Below, in pieces: positions 28,275-36,397 of a stretch of DNA of 36,515 nt. Source of the DNA: an uncultured archaeon (GTDB lineage: Archaea; Aenigmatarchaeota; Aenigmatarchaeia; QMZP01; CAZFVX01); the NCBI GenBank assembly GCA_964522675.1, contig CAZFVX010000001.1, positions 1 through 36,515 of the forward strand, read 5' to 3'. A program made the translations under genes and the position numbers. The notes under the pieces are model-generated. The model worked only from the letters and a program-made list of their open reading frames with translations. It made no database searches and was not told the origin of the DNA. Each line of letters opens with the position of its first letter. The stretch's first letter is position 1.

Positions 28275-28655
28275 ATGGTTGGGAGAAGCTGTATCGCAGA
28301 TATAGAAAAAATACTTAAAGAGAGAAAAAAACCAATAGAGTTACTAAATGTCATCCTTAACTTTCTCAACTTCAAACCAATAGAAATTAAAATTTACAAC
28401 ATCTTATTGAAATCTTCATTGACCATAAAACAAATGGAAAAACAATTAAATCTTTCAGAGCGGACAATACGAAAATATATTAAAAGACTGGAACGGGAAG
28501 GATTCATAAATAAGAAAGTTAAACAGGACAAAAGGCTCAAGTATATTTATAATGCTGTTCCAATTCGGGAAGCATGGAAAAACGTTAGAAATAAAATACA
28601 GAAAATTTTAGAAGAAATCACAAAAACTCTGGAGAAGAGAGCCGTGGCCTTCTAA
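28275..28655 (+). CDS. TrmB/MarR-like winged-helix transcription regulator (DNA-binding domain only)
   Basis: 126 aa. KPIEIKIYNILLKSSLTIKQMEKQLNLSERTIRKYIKRLEREGFINKK fits the TrmB N-terminal wHTH. 4 of its 10 Arg codons are CGN, unlike the flanking native genes. Confidence 0.6.
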   Translation: MVGRSCIADIEKILKERKKPIELLNVILNFLNFKPIEIKIYNILLKSSLTIKQMEKQLNLSERTIRKYIKRLEREGFINKKVKQDKRLKYIYNAVPIREAWKNVRNKIQKILEEITKTLEKRAVAF

Positions 28656-28657
28656 CT

Positions 28658-30079
28658 TTATAAGGTGTTCTGAAAATCCTTGTTGTTTATACATCCCGGG
28701 TCTGGAGCCATATAATCTCCGAAATAATTATAAGCCCTTGCCCTGCAGCCCCCGCAGTAATAGCGATAATCACATTTTCCGCAGTTCGGTTTTAACAAAT
28801 CTTTATTTCTCAAGTCCTTGAAAATTTTATTGTTGTTCCAAAGTTCTTCAAAATCATCATTTTTAATGTTCCCAACAGTTAGGGGAAAGAATACACACGG
28901 TTCTATATTCCCTTGCGGCCTTATCGCGCAGTAGAATCTTCCGGCACCGCATCCGCCAATGAACTCAGCCAAATTTATAAGTTTCCCTTTCAGTTTTAGC
29001 GTATAAAAATGCGTTGGAACGATCTTCTCTTCTCCAAATTCTCTTTGCAGAGCAACCCTGGAGAATTGCGGTGCAGTCGTTAAAACATTAACCTTACTGG
29101 TCTTCAGCTTCTCCCATAACATCTTCAGTAGTTCTTCTCTTTCCTCGGGTGTTAAATCGCTTTTTTTGATGGAGTCTCCCCTTCCAACCGGAACAAAATT
29201 ATATGCCATGAACCAGTTCACTCCCAATTCCTCGCAAAGGTCGATTATTTTTGGAATTTGTTTATAATTGTAATGCGTAGCGGTTGTCGAAATATTCACA
29301 AAAAAATCCTGTTCCACACAGTTTTTTATCCCTTTAATCGTTCTGTCAAACGCCCCAGGGATTCCCCTAAATCCATCGTGAGTTTTTGCGTCGGCACCAT
29401 CTAAAGAAATTTGAACGAACTGTATGCCCGATTTTTTCATCTTTTTCGCTGTTTCCTTTGTTATCAAAGTTCCGTTTGTAGCCATCGCAACGTAAATTCC
29501 TTTATCTGCCGCATATCTGGATAATTCAAATATATCCGCTCTAACCAGAGGTTCGCCCCCAGAAAAAGCAATTATCGGCACACCTGCTCGATCCAACTTA
29601 TCTATCGCCCGTTTCGCTTCTTCGGTAGTGAGTTCGTCTGGCAACGGTTTCCCAGCCGTAGCATAGCAGTGCTTGCATTTCAAATTACAGGCATAGGTGA
29701 TGTCCCACACAACCAAGAACGGGGCTCCTGAAACGAATGGCCGTTGAATTCCAAACTTGGCTATGCCTCGCAAAACATTTGCCAATCCCTTCCTCCACCA
29801 AGGGTCACTGAATTTTTTGCGCATTTCTTCCTCAGAAACGCCAAACGTCTTTCCTCCAATTTTCAGAATTTTAGATAATCCCTTTTTAGCTGTTTTGCAT
29901 TTCCAGCAGGCATCTTTCCTTTGTTTGGTCCACAATTCCAGCGCTACCTCTAATCTATTCTTTTGGTCCTTCTCGCACCAATTAGAAATGGAAGAAATCA
30001 ACTCTCTCGTAACTGGGTTTCCGATTGCAGATTTCAAAATCTGAATTGCGGTTATCGTCTCTATCTTTTTACCTTCCAT
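28658..30079 (-). CDS. Radical SAM / SPASM-domain enzyme with an N-terminal extension of about 120 aa
   Basis: Motifs CNLKCKHCY (C131/C135/C138), SGGEPL, and the SPASM tail CGAGRFYC...C...CGKCDYRYYCGGCRARAY. The extension carries C35 and CWKC (58-61). GC and codon usage are atypical for the window. Confidence 0.9.
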   Translation of the reverse strand: MEGKKIETITAIQILKSAIGNPVTRELISSISNWCEKDQKNRLEVALELWTKQRKDACWKCKTAKKGLSKILKIGGKTFGVSEEEMRKKFSDPWWRKGLANVLRGIAKFGIQRPFVSGAPFLVVWDITYACNLKCKHCYATAGKPLPDELTTEEAKRAIDKLDRAGVPIIAFSGGEPLVRADIFELSRYAADKGIYVAMATNGTLITKETAKKMKKSGIQFVQISLDGADAKTHDGFRGIPGAFDRTIKGIKNCVEQDFFVNISTTATHYNYKQIPKIIDLCEELGVNWFMAYNFVPVGRGDSIKKSDLTPEEREELLKMLWEKLKTSKVNVLTTAPQFSRVALQREFGEEKIVPTHFYTLKLKGKLINLAEFIGGCGAGRFYCAIRPQGNIEPCVFFPLTVGNIKNDDFEELWNNNKIFKDLRNKDLLKPNCGKCDYRYYCGGCRARAYNYFGDYMAPDPGCINNKDFQNTL

Positions 30080-30189
30080 TTTTTAATCACCAATAATTAT
30101 GAACATAATTTTACATATATATGAATTATTTGTAACATACAATATTAATTTTGGAAAATCGAATAAAAAAGTTAACTTATATACAAAAG

Positions 30190-30197
30190 TATATAAA
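30190..30197 (-). promoter_or_regulatory. BRE/TATA candidate facing the radical SAM gene
   Basis: The minus strand reads CCGAAAA-TTTATATA, a good BRE+TATA match. It is about 110 nt upstream of the ATG at 30079, so it implies a long leader. A second AT-rich candidate lies at about 30110-30120. Confidence 0.3.
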
Positions 30198-30200
30198 TTT

Positions 30201-30355
30201 TCGGCGGTCTCCCCGTTAATTTTTATGATACGACACCCCCGAAGCCTTCGGTTTCTTGCCTCACTATCGTTCGGCTGCTAAGGGGTTATGAGGAAAATCT
30301 GCGCTTTGTTTAATTTTCCCAAATTTCGCTAAAGCGAAACTTCTCATAACCGCAA
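30201..30355. other. GC-rich, hairpin-dense noncoding element (candidate structured RNA, leader or micro-ORF)
   Basis: An 11-bp stem pairs 30284-30294 with 30341-30351 (one G-U pair). An inner hairpin is TTTCGC/GCGAAA (30324-30329 / 30334-30339). A competing stem is GGAAAAT/ATTTTCC (30292-30298 / 30313-30319). The palindrome CCGAAGCCTTCGG lies at 30239-30251. The element is clearly more GC-rich than the other intergenic DNA here. Confidence 0.3.
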
Positions 30356-30370
30356 AACGTTATCTCCAAA

Positions 30371-30380
30371 TTTTTTAAAT
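30371..30380 (+). promoter_or_regulatory. TATA-box candidate for the beta-helix gene (leaderless GTG start)
   Basis: TTTTTTAAAT is centred about 26 nt upstream of the GTG at 30401. Confidence 0.3.
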
Positions 30381-30400
30381 TCCAAAATAAATAAATCATT

Positions 30401-31279
30401 GTGAGAAAGAGAATATTTATATCTTCCTTAATAATTTTCACAATAACCATTGGTTGTTTCTTTATTTGTGTATCTATTCAACAAAAAATTTATGATACAA
30501 ATATTCATGGCATTATAGTTAGAAATCAAGTATGGAGTGGTGATATTCTTGTAGATGGTGATATTCTTGTAATGCCGTGGGTTACGTTAACTATTTTACC
30601 AGGAACCAATGTAACAATTACAGCAAATAAAGACATTCATAACCTTTTTGGATGGATGATATGTGATGGGATTATAGGATATGATTTGCTTGCTGGTATA
30701 AAACAAGAAGATAACACTAATTGTGGAGTTCATAAAAATGAACCTTACAGAGACGAAAGACATCATGTTAGTATTGTTGTTTTAGGTGAGTTAGAAGCTA
30801 TTGGGACGGAAGAAGAGAGAATTGTTTTCAAATCCGATTCCGAAACTCCGGGGATTTATGATTGGAATAAGTTTATAATTCGCAGCGGTGTTCTTTCTTA
30901 TGCCAATGTTGAGAATTACAGAGCTCTTGGTGTTTCCTCCGATGTAGAAATAAGTCACAATAATTTAAGAAATATGGGAGAATGCGGAGTTTGTATGGGC
31001 AAAGACGAGAATGCAAAGATACTCTATAACAATATATCTTATGCCGGGCATGAACTCATAGACATGCATAGTAGCTCTCCAATTATTCGGTACAATAATT
31101 TGGGGCCGAACCCAGGTCGTGCATGTATTATCATTGATGGTGGTTCCCCAAGAATCGAAAATAATAGAATCTATGGATGCGATACTGGTATTGGATTTAT
31201 CTCACCTCCCGACAAACCAATTATTGAGAATAACATTTTCTTGAACAATACAAACAACATCTCCTATGATTATCTATGA
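30401..31279 (+). CDS. Membrane-anchored right-handed beta-helix repeat protein (NosD/CASH-like)
   Basis: GTG start with an N-terminal hydrophobic anchor IFISSLIIFTITIGCFFICVSI. Repeated NN-type rungs are ISHNNLRN, LYNNISY, IRYNNLG, IENNRIYG and IENNIFLNNTNN. It contains CGC/CGG/CGT Arg codons. Confidence 0.6.
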   Translation: MRKRIFISSLIIFTITIGCFFICVSIQQKIYDTNIHGIIVRNQVWSGDILVDGDILVMPWVTLTILPGTNVTITANKDIHNLFGWMICDGIIGYDLLAGIKQEDNTNCGVHKNEPYRDERHHVSIVVLGELEAIGTEEERIVFKSDSETPGIYDWNKFIIRSGVLSYANVENYRALGVSSDVEISHNNLRNMGECGVCMGKDENAKILYNNISYAGHELIDMHSSSPIIRYNNLGPNPGRACIIIDGGSPRIENNRIYGCDTGIGFISPPDKPIIENNIFLNNTNNISYDYL

Positions 31280-31333
31280 TTAACAGATAGAATGAATTCA
31301 ATATTCCAATTTTCTTTTTTTACCAAAATTTAA

Positions 31334-31354
31334 GACATTTTTCTGGAAAATGTC
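31334..31354. terminator. Hairpin GACATTTT-TCTGG-AAAATGTC between convergent genes
   Basis: Perfect 8-bp stem with a 5-nt loop, in the 148-nt spacer between the beta-helix gene (+) and ugd (-). A/T runs flank it on both sides. Confidence 0.3.
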
Positions 31355-31427
31355 CAAAAATAAAGAAATAAAATATATTCCTTTGTGGAAATGGTTACTT
31401 TATAATTAATGTAAATTATCTCGCATT

Positions 31428-32690
31428 TTACCAACAAATTCCTTCATAAATTTTTGCTTTTTCTTTTGAAATTATATACCTACCATCTATAACAATTTTA
31501 TCTGAGTAATCTAAATCTTTAAATTCGTCCCAATCAGTTACAATTAAAACTGCTTCTGAATTTTCTATACAATCTTGCGCGGAAGAAAAATAGTTTATGT
31601 TTGGAAATAGTTTTTTGAAATTATTCATTGCTTTTGGGTCATATGCGTTTACAATTGCCTCTTCTTCCAACAATTTCTTAACTATTTTTATTGCGGGACT
31701 TTCCCTTATATCATCTGTTTCCGGTTTAAAAGAAAGACCCAAAACCCCAATTTTTTTATTTTTTAAATTTTGCAAATATTTTTTTAATAATTCAATCATT
31801 TTTAAGGGTTGTCTTTCATTAACTTCTAATACCGATTTTAATATTTTTGGTTCGTAACCCAAACTTTCAGCTTTTTTTATTAAAGCGTTTACATCCTTTT
31901 TAAAACAAGAACCACCAAAACCAGGGCCCGCCTTTAAAAATTTATGTCCTATTCTTTCATCATACCCCATTCCTTCGGCGACCTTATAAATATTTATTCC
32001 CAATTTCTTGCAAATGTTCCCCATTTCATTTATAAATGAAATTTTCATCGATAAAAATGCATTAGAAGCATATTTAATCATTTCTGCTGTTTTTAAATCC
32101 GTTCTTAAAATTGGGCATTTAAAATCTTTATACAGTTTAAAAAGCATATCACCAGATTTTTTATCAAATTCTCCTATAACTATCCTGTCGGGTTCCATAA
32201 AATCTTTAATAGCCGAACCTTCTTTAAGGAATTCGGGATTCATACACACCCCAAAGTCTTCACCAACATTTTTTTCAGAAAATTTCTCTAAAATTGGGAT
32301 TACAACCTTTTCCGTGGTTTCTGGCACAACGGTAGATTTAACAACAACTAAATGATATCCCTTTTCTTTTAAAACTTTTCCCACGCTCTCACTTGCCGAT
32401 TTTATGTAATCCAAATTTATTGAGCCATCCGGATTTTCTGGTGTGCTTACACAAATAAAAGTAATGTCCGTGTTTAAAATTTCATTAAAATTTAAACTTG
32501 CCTTTATCCTCTCTAAATTTTTCTTAAAAATTTCTTCTAATCCCCTTTCATATATCGTTGGTTCTCCGGAATTTATTTTATTAACCTTTTCTTCATTTAT
32601 ATCTATACAAATGACATTATTTCCCAATTCAGCAAAACAAACGCCTGTAATTAAACCAACATAACCCGTTCCTATTATTGAAATTTTCAT
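31428..32690 (-). CDS. ugd: UDP-glucose 6-dehydrogenase
   Basis: Rossmann motif ISIIGTGYVGL and catalytic-Cys box GFGGSCFKKD. 420 aa. Confidence 0.85.
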   Translation of the reverse strand: MKISIIGTGYVGLITGVCFAELGNNVICIDINEEKVNKINSGEPTIYERGLEEIFKKNLERIKASLNFNEILNTDITFICVSTPENPDGSINLDYIKSASESVGKVLKEKGYHLVVVKSTVVPETTEKVVIPILEKFSEKNVGEDFGVCMNPEFLKEGSAIKDFMEPDRIVIGEFDKKSGDMLFKLYKDFKCPILRTDLKTAEMIKYASNAFLSMKISFINEMGNICKKLGINIYKVAEGMGYDERIGHKFLKAGPGFGGSCFKKDVNALIKKAESLGYEPKILKSVLEVNERQPLKMIELLKKYLQNLKNKKIGVLGLSFKPETDDIRESPAIKIVKKLLEEEAIVNAYDPKAMNNFKKLFPNINYFSSAQDCIENSEAVLIVTDWDEFKDLDYSDKIVIDGRYIISKEKAKIYEGICW

Positions 32691-32720
32691 ACTTAAAATA
32701 TTAAAGAATTATTTTAAAAA

Positions 32721-33041
32721 TTATCTTCTACCAAAAATTTTGCTTAAAAACGATTTTTTTAATCCAAGTGATTTTTCAATTTTATTCCTTAAACCATTTT
32801 CGCTTGGAACCCCAACAATTCTTTGAGTTTCATTTCCGTTTTCAAGTATTATTATAGAAGGTGTTGCCATAATACCATATCTTGAAGAAAGTTCTTTCCC
32901 TTCGCTTGTTTTTATTCTTATTTTACTAAAACTAATGCCATATTCACAATAATCTTTTACAACCTTTTTCACAACATGTTCTGCGCTTGGACAATGGGGG
33001 CAATGCGATGAAACAAAAAGCAATATCTTTATTTTTTTCAT
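32721..33041 (-). CDS. Thioredoxin/glutaredoxin-fold protein
   Basis: CPHC active site in LLFVSSHCPHCP. I place the start at the Met preceded by GAGGATAATT (33041) rather than the longest ORF (33086). Confidence 0.75.
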   Translation of the reverse strand: MKKIKILLFVSSHCPHCPSAEHVVKKVVKDYCEYGISFSKIRIKTSEGKELSSRYGIMATPSIIILENGNETQRIVGVPSENGLRNKIEKSLGLKKSFLSKIFGRR

Positions 33042-33161
33042 AATTATCCTCAATTTTTCAATAATTACATTTTTGAACATTATCATTTTTATAATATATA
33101 TAAAGCCAATTGTCGAAACTTTTTTTGAATGTTTAAAAACCTTTTACAGTTCTTTATATTT

Positions 33162-34181
33162 ATGGTTGGAATTGTTGGTTACGGAGTTTATATACCGATT
33201 TGGAGAATAAAAACAGAGGAAATAGCAAAAATTTGGGGCGGTGAAAGCGGAAAGGGAGAAAAATCGGTTCCTGGGTTAGATGAAGATACTGCTACAATTT
33301 CTGTGGAGGCAAGCAGAAATGCATTATTAAGAGCCGATATAGATCCCAAAAAAATTGGTGCTATTTATATTGGTTCTGAATCACACCCCTATGTAATTAA
33401 GCCAACTGCGAGTATAGTAGCCGAGGCCATTGGAGCAACGCCAAACTTAACCGCTGCTGATTTAGAATTTGCATGTAAAGCGGGGACCGCGGGAATTCAA
33501 GCAATTATTGGAATGATTAAAGCGGGTATGATAGAATATGGTTTAGGTATTGGTGCAGATACCGCCCAAGGAAGGCCTGGTGATGATTTAGAATTTACTG
33601 CTGGCGCGGGAGGTGCGGCATTCATAATGGGAAAAGAAAATTTAATAGCAGAAATTGAAGATACCTTTTCTTTTACAACAGACACACCAGATTTTTGGAG
33701 AAGGGAAAAAGAAGAATTTCCAAGACACGCCGGGAGATTTACGGGAGAGCCTTCATATTTTAAGCACGTAATTTCATCAACAAAAGGTTTATTAGAAAAA
33801 TTAAATAAAAAAATAGAAGATTATGATTATTTTGTTTTTCACCAACCAAACATGAAATTCCCCTTAAGAGCAGCAAAATTTTTAGGTGTTCCAAAAGAAA
33901 AGGTTTTACCCGGTTTGCTTGTCGATAGAATTGGAAATACGTATTCAGGTTCCTCGCTTTTGGGTTTAGCAGCCGTTTTGGATATAGCAAAACCGGGAGA
34001 AAAAATTTTAATAACCTCCTATGGTTCTGGGGCAGGCTCAGATTCATTTTCAATTATTGTTAAGGAGTTAATTGAAGAAAAAAGAAATAAAGCAAAATTA
34101 GTTGAGGATTATATTAAAAATAAAAAATATTTGAATTATGCTGAATATGTTAAATTTAGAAGAAAAATAAAGGGATATTAA
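33162..34181 (+). CDS. HMG-CoA synthase, archaeal type
   Basis: [12 protein letters not shown] is the normal archaeal N-terminus; the longest ORF starts 33 nt earlier at 33129. Catalytic motifs are [14 protein letters not shown] and GNTYSGS. Confidence 0.9.
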   Translation: MVGIVGYGVYIPIWRIKTEEIAKIWGGESGKGEKSVPGLDEDTATISVEASRNALLRADIDPKKIGAIYIGSESHPYVIKPTASIVAEAIGATPNLTAADLEFACKAGTAGIQAIIGMIKAGMIEYGLGIGADTAQGRPGDDLEFTAGAGGAAFIMGKENLIAEIEDTFSFTTDTPDFWRREKEEFPRHAGRFTGEPSYFKHVISSTKGLLEKLNKKIEDYDYFVFHQPNMKFPLRAAKFLGVPKEKVLPGLLVDRIGNTYSGSSLLGLAAVLDIAKPGEKILITSYGSGAGSDSFSIIVKELIEEKRNKAKLVEDYIKNKKYLNYAEYVKFRRKIKGY

Positions 34182-35383
34182 TGAAAGAAGAGATGTTAAA
34201 GAATTTAAATTTGAAACCTCACAGAGATGTCGCCATAGTTGGTATTGGAATTACGAAATTCGGTGAAATTTGGGATAAAGGATTAAGAGAGTTAGCAGTG
34301 GAGGCGGGAATAAAAGCCGTAGAAGACGCTGGTCTTTCTGGAAAAGAAATTCAATTAATTATTGGGGGAAACATGTCTGGTGGTTTGTTTATAGGGCAAG
34401 AACACATAGGTGCATTATTTGCGGATTATTTGGGTTTAAATCCAATTCCCGCCATTAGGACGGAGGGTGCGTGCGCTTCTTCAAGTATCGCATTAAGAGT
34501 TGGTTATCTTGCAATAGCTTCTGGTCTTTACGATTGCGTTGCAGTTGGCGGTGCAGAAAAAATGACGGATGTTTATGGCCCAAGAGCAACCACGGCCTTA
34601 GCATCTGCTATGGATCAAGAATGGGAAGCATATTATGGATTAACTTTTCCCGGCGTTTATGCATTAATGGCAAGAAGACATATGTATGAATATGGAACAA
34701 CGAGAGAACAATTGGGTTTGATTGCAGTAAAAAATCATAAAAACGGTTTAAATAATCCAATAGCACACTTTAGAAGGGAAATAAAATTAGAAGATGTTTA
34801 TAATTCTCCCTTAATTGCCGACCCTTTAAGGCTTTTGGATTGTTCTCCCATTTCTGATGGTGCCGCCGTTGCTATTCTTGTTCCAGCCGAGAAAGCAAAA
34901 CAATTTACAGACACGCCAATTTATATTAAAGCCTCAGCTCAAGCATCTGATACCCTGAGTTTATTTGCAAGAAAAGATATTTGTACTTTAAACGCAACGC
35001 TTGAGGCCGCTAAAGACGCATATAAACAAGCGAAATTAACGCCAAAAGATATAAATTTAGCAGAAGTGCATGATTGTTTTACAATAAATGAAATAATTGC
35101 TTATGAGGATTTGGGTTTTTGTAAAAAAGGAGAGGGTGGAAAATTAATTGAGGAAGGAGAAACGGAGATTGGTGGAAGAATTCCCGTAAATACTTCTGGC
35201 GGTCTCAAAGCAAAGGGTCATCCCGTTGGTGCGACTGGAGTAGCTCAAATAATAGAATTAGTGGAACAATTAAGAGGTGAGGCGGGGAAAAGACAAGTTC
35301 AAGGAGCAGAAATAGGTTTAGCCCATAATGTTGGTGGCTCGGGTTCAACGGTTGTTATTCATATTTTGTCAAATAAAAGGTGA
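34181..35383 (+). CDS. Acetyl-CoA C-acetyltransferase (archaeal thiolase)
   Basis: Motifs EGACASSS (Cys), EVHDCF (His), NTSGGL and GHPVGATG. Its start overlaps the HMGCS stop (TAATG). Confidence 0.9.
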   Translation: MKEEMLKNLNLKPHRDVAIVGIGITKFGEIWDKGLRELAVEAGIKAVEDAGLSGKEIQLIIGGNMSGGLFIGQEHIGALFADYLGLNPIPAIRTEGACASSSIALRVGYLAIASGLYDCVAVGGAEKMTDVYGPRATTALASAMDQEWEAYYGLTFPGVYALMARRHMYEYGTTREQLGLIAVKNHKNGLNNPIAHFRREIKLEDVYNSPLIADPLRLLDCSPISDGAAVAILVPAEKAKQFTDTPIYIKASAQASDTLSLFARKDICTLNATLEAAKDAYKQAKLTPKDINLAEVHDCFTINEIIAYEDLGFCKKGEGGKLIEEGETEIGGRIPVNTSGGLKAKGHPVGATGVAQIIELVEQLRGEAGKRQVQGAEIGLAHNVGGSGSTVVIHILSNKR

Positions 35384-35387
35384 GAAA

Positions 35388-35792
35388 ATGGAGTTTGCCG
35401 TTCCCTTTCATTGGAGAAGGTTTAAGGAAAGGTATCAGTTAATTGGTTCAAAATGTGAAAACTGTGGGGAGTATTTTTTTCCTAAAAGAACTATTTGCCC
35501 AAAATGTAGAAGAACGGGAAAAATGAAAGATTATAAATTTTCCGGGAAGGGAGAAATTTTCTCTTATACAATAATAAGGGTTCCTTCAATGGGGTTTAAA
35601 CTTTATACGCCATATATAGTGGCAATTATAAAACTAGAAGAGGGGCCAAAAATCGTTTCTCAAGTTGTGGATTGTGATTTAGACAAAATTAAAATCGGAA
35701 TGTCCGTAAAAGCGTGTTTTAGAAAAATCCGTCAAGAAAATGAAACCGGAATAATTTTGTATGGGTTTAAATTTAAACCCGAGGAAAGTTAA
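35388..35792 (+). CDS. DUF35 OB-fold/zinc-ribbon protein (thiolase-HMGCS scaffold)
   Basis: Zinc ribbon CENCGEYFFPKRTICPKCRR followed by an OB-fold region. I use the ATG at 35388, preceded by AAGGTGA, instead of the 35328 extension that overlaps the thiolase gene. Confidence 0.85.
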   Translation: MEFAVPFHWRRFKERYQLIGSKCENCGEYFFPKRTICPKCRRTGKMKDYKFSGKGEIFSYTIIRVPSMGFKLYTPYIVAIIKLEEGPKIVSQVVDCDLDKIKIGMSVKACFRKIRQENETGIILYGFKFKPEES

Positions 35793-35866
35793 GTTTATAA
35801 AACTTACGAAATATAAATTTATAAAATTTATGTTGCTATTTTAAAGTAATATAATTTGGAGGAGGG

Positions 35867-36397
35867 TTGAGGGTGATTAATAACTATGAGAGTGAGAATA
35901 TAGAAACTATAAAAAGGATTATAGAAGTTTTTCAGAATAGAGGAAAGGTTGAAATAAATATTCGAGGGAAGAAATATATAACACCAAAGGAATTTTTTGA
36001 GGAATATGGAGGGAAGTTAACTGAAATAGATAGGTTTGTTTTAAAATTAAAAACTAAGTATAAACCAAAAGAAATTTATGTCTTAGGAAAACCTGTAGAA
36101 ATGGAAAATCCAGTGCCAGTAGAAATGACTTTTGGTATAGATCTAGACTCTTATGAAAAGAAAGTGAAAATTGAAGAATTAATTGGTCCTTATCATAAAA
36201 TAAAAATAAAAGAAACGAGAGAATTTGACTTTGGCAAAAATTTTACGCCACAGAAACATGTAGAAACTATTGTTCATGAAAAAGAAGTGTTTTGTGGAGG
36301 ATGGGACCTTGATTATCTTTCAGAACTAAGAAAAGAAATTGAAGAAGAATTGCCAGGTTGGGAAGTATTATTTGGATTTGGAAACTTATTTAAGTAA
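35867..36397 (+). CDS. Hypothetical protein, no recognisable family
   Basis: 176-aa Glu/Lys-rich ORF with a strong GGAGGAGGG box upstream. The start is non-ATG (TTG 35867 or GTG 35873). I recognise no motif. Confidence 0.4.
   Translation: MRVINNYESENIETIKRIIEVFQNRGKVEINIRGKKYITPKEFFEEYGGKLTEIDRFVLKLKTKYKPKEIYVLGKPVEMENPVPVEMTFGIDLDSYEKKVKIEELIGPYHKIKIKETREFDFGKNFTPQKHVETIVHEKEVFCGGWDLDYLSELRKEIEEELPGWEVLFGFGNLFK

Noticed and set aside
28205-28318. 37-codon hydrophobic ORF (MALFVSIAFICMKILYILCSY...) overlapping the TrmB-like promoter and start
   Set aside because: It is out of frame with the regulator gene and overlaps it. It also spans the TATA candidate, so it is most likely a chance ORF.
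30099-30281. 60-aa plus-strand ORF in the radical SAM / beta-helix spacer
   Set aside because: It starts inside the AT-rich promoter region and runs across a TATA candidate into the GC-rich element. The composition is low-complexity and there is no ribosome-binding context. I treat the region as noncoding or structured instead.
30371-30378. T-run read as an oligo-T terminator of a plus-strand small RNA starting after the 30190 TATA
   Set aside because: The 30190 box matches BRE/TATA better in the minus orientation. The T-run is also positioned correctly to be the TATA box of the beta-helix gene, so the plus-strand sRNA model is not specifically supported.
30539-30571. 18-nt tandem duplication GGTGATATTCTTGTAGAT (about 1.8 copies) in the beta-helix gene
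   Set aside because: It is in frame (GDILVDGDILV) and consistent with an internal beta-helix repeat, not an independent repeat element.
31597-34689. ORFs 31597-31857, 32008-32355 and 32443-32664 (opposite ugd), 33497-33685 and 33760-34053 (opposite HMGCS), and 34471-34689 (alternative frame in the thiolase gene)
   Set aside because: They are shadow or alternative-frame ORFs within genes that carry clear catalytic motifs.
35328-35387. 60-nt N-terminal extension of the DUF35 ORF (and similar extensions at 33042-33086 and 33129-33161)
   Set aside because: The extensions overlap upstream genes or add atypical residues. Internal ATGs have better SD context and match the usual N-termini of these families.
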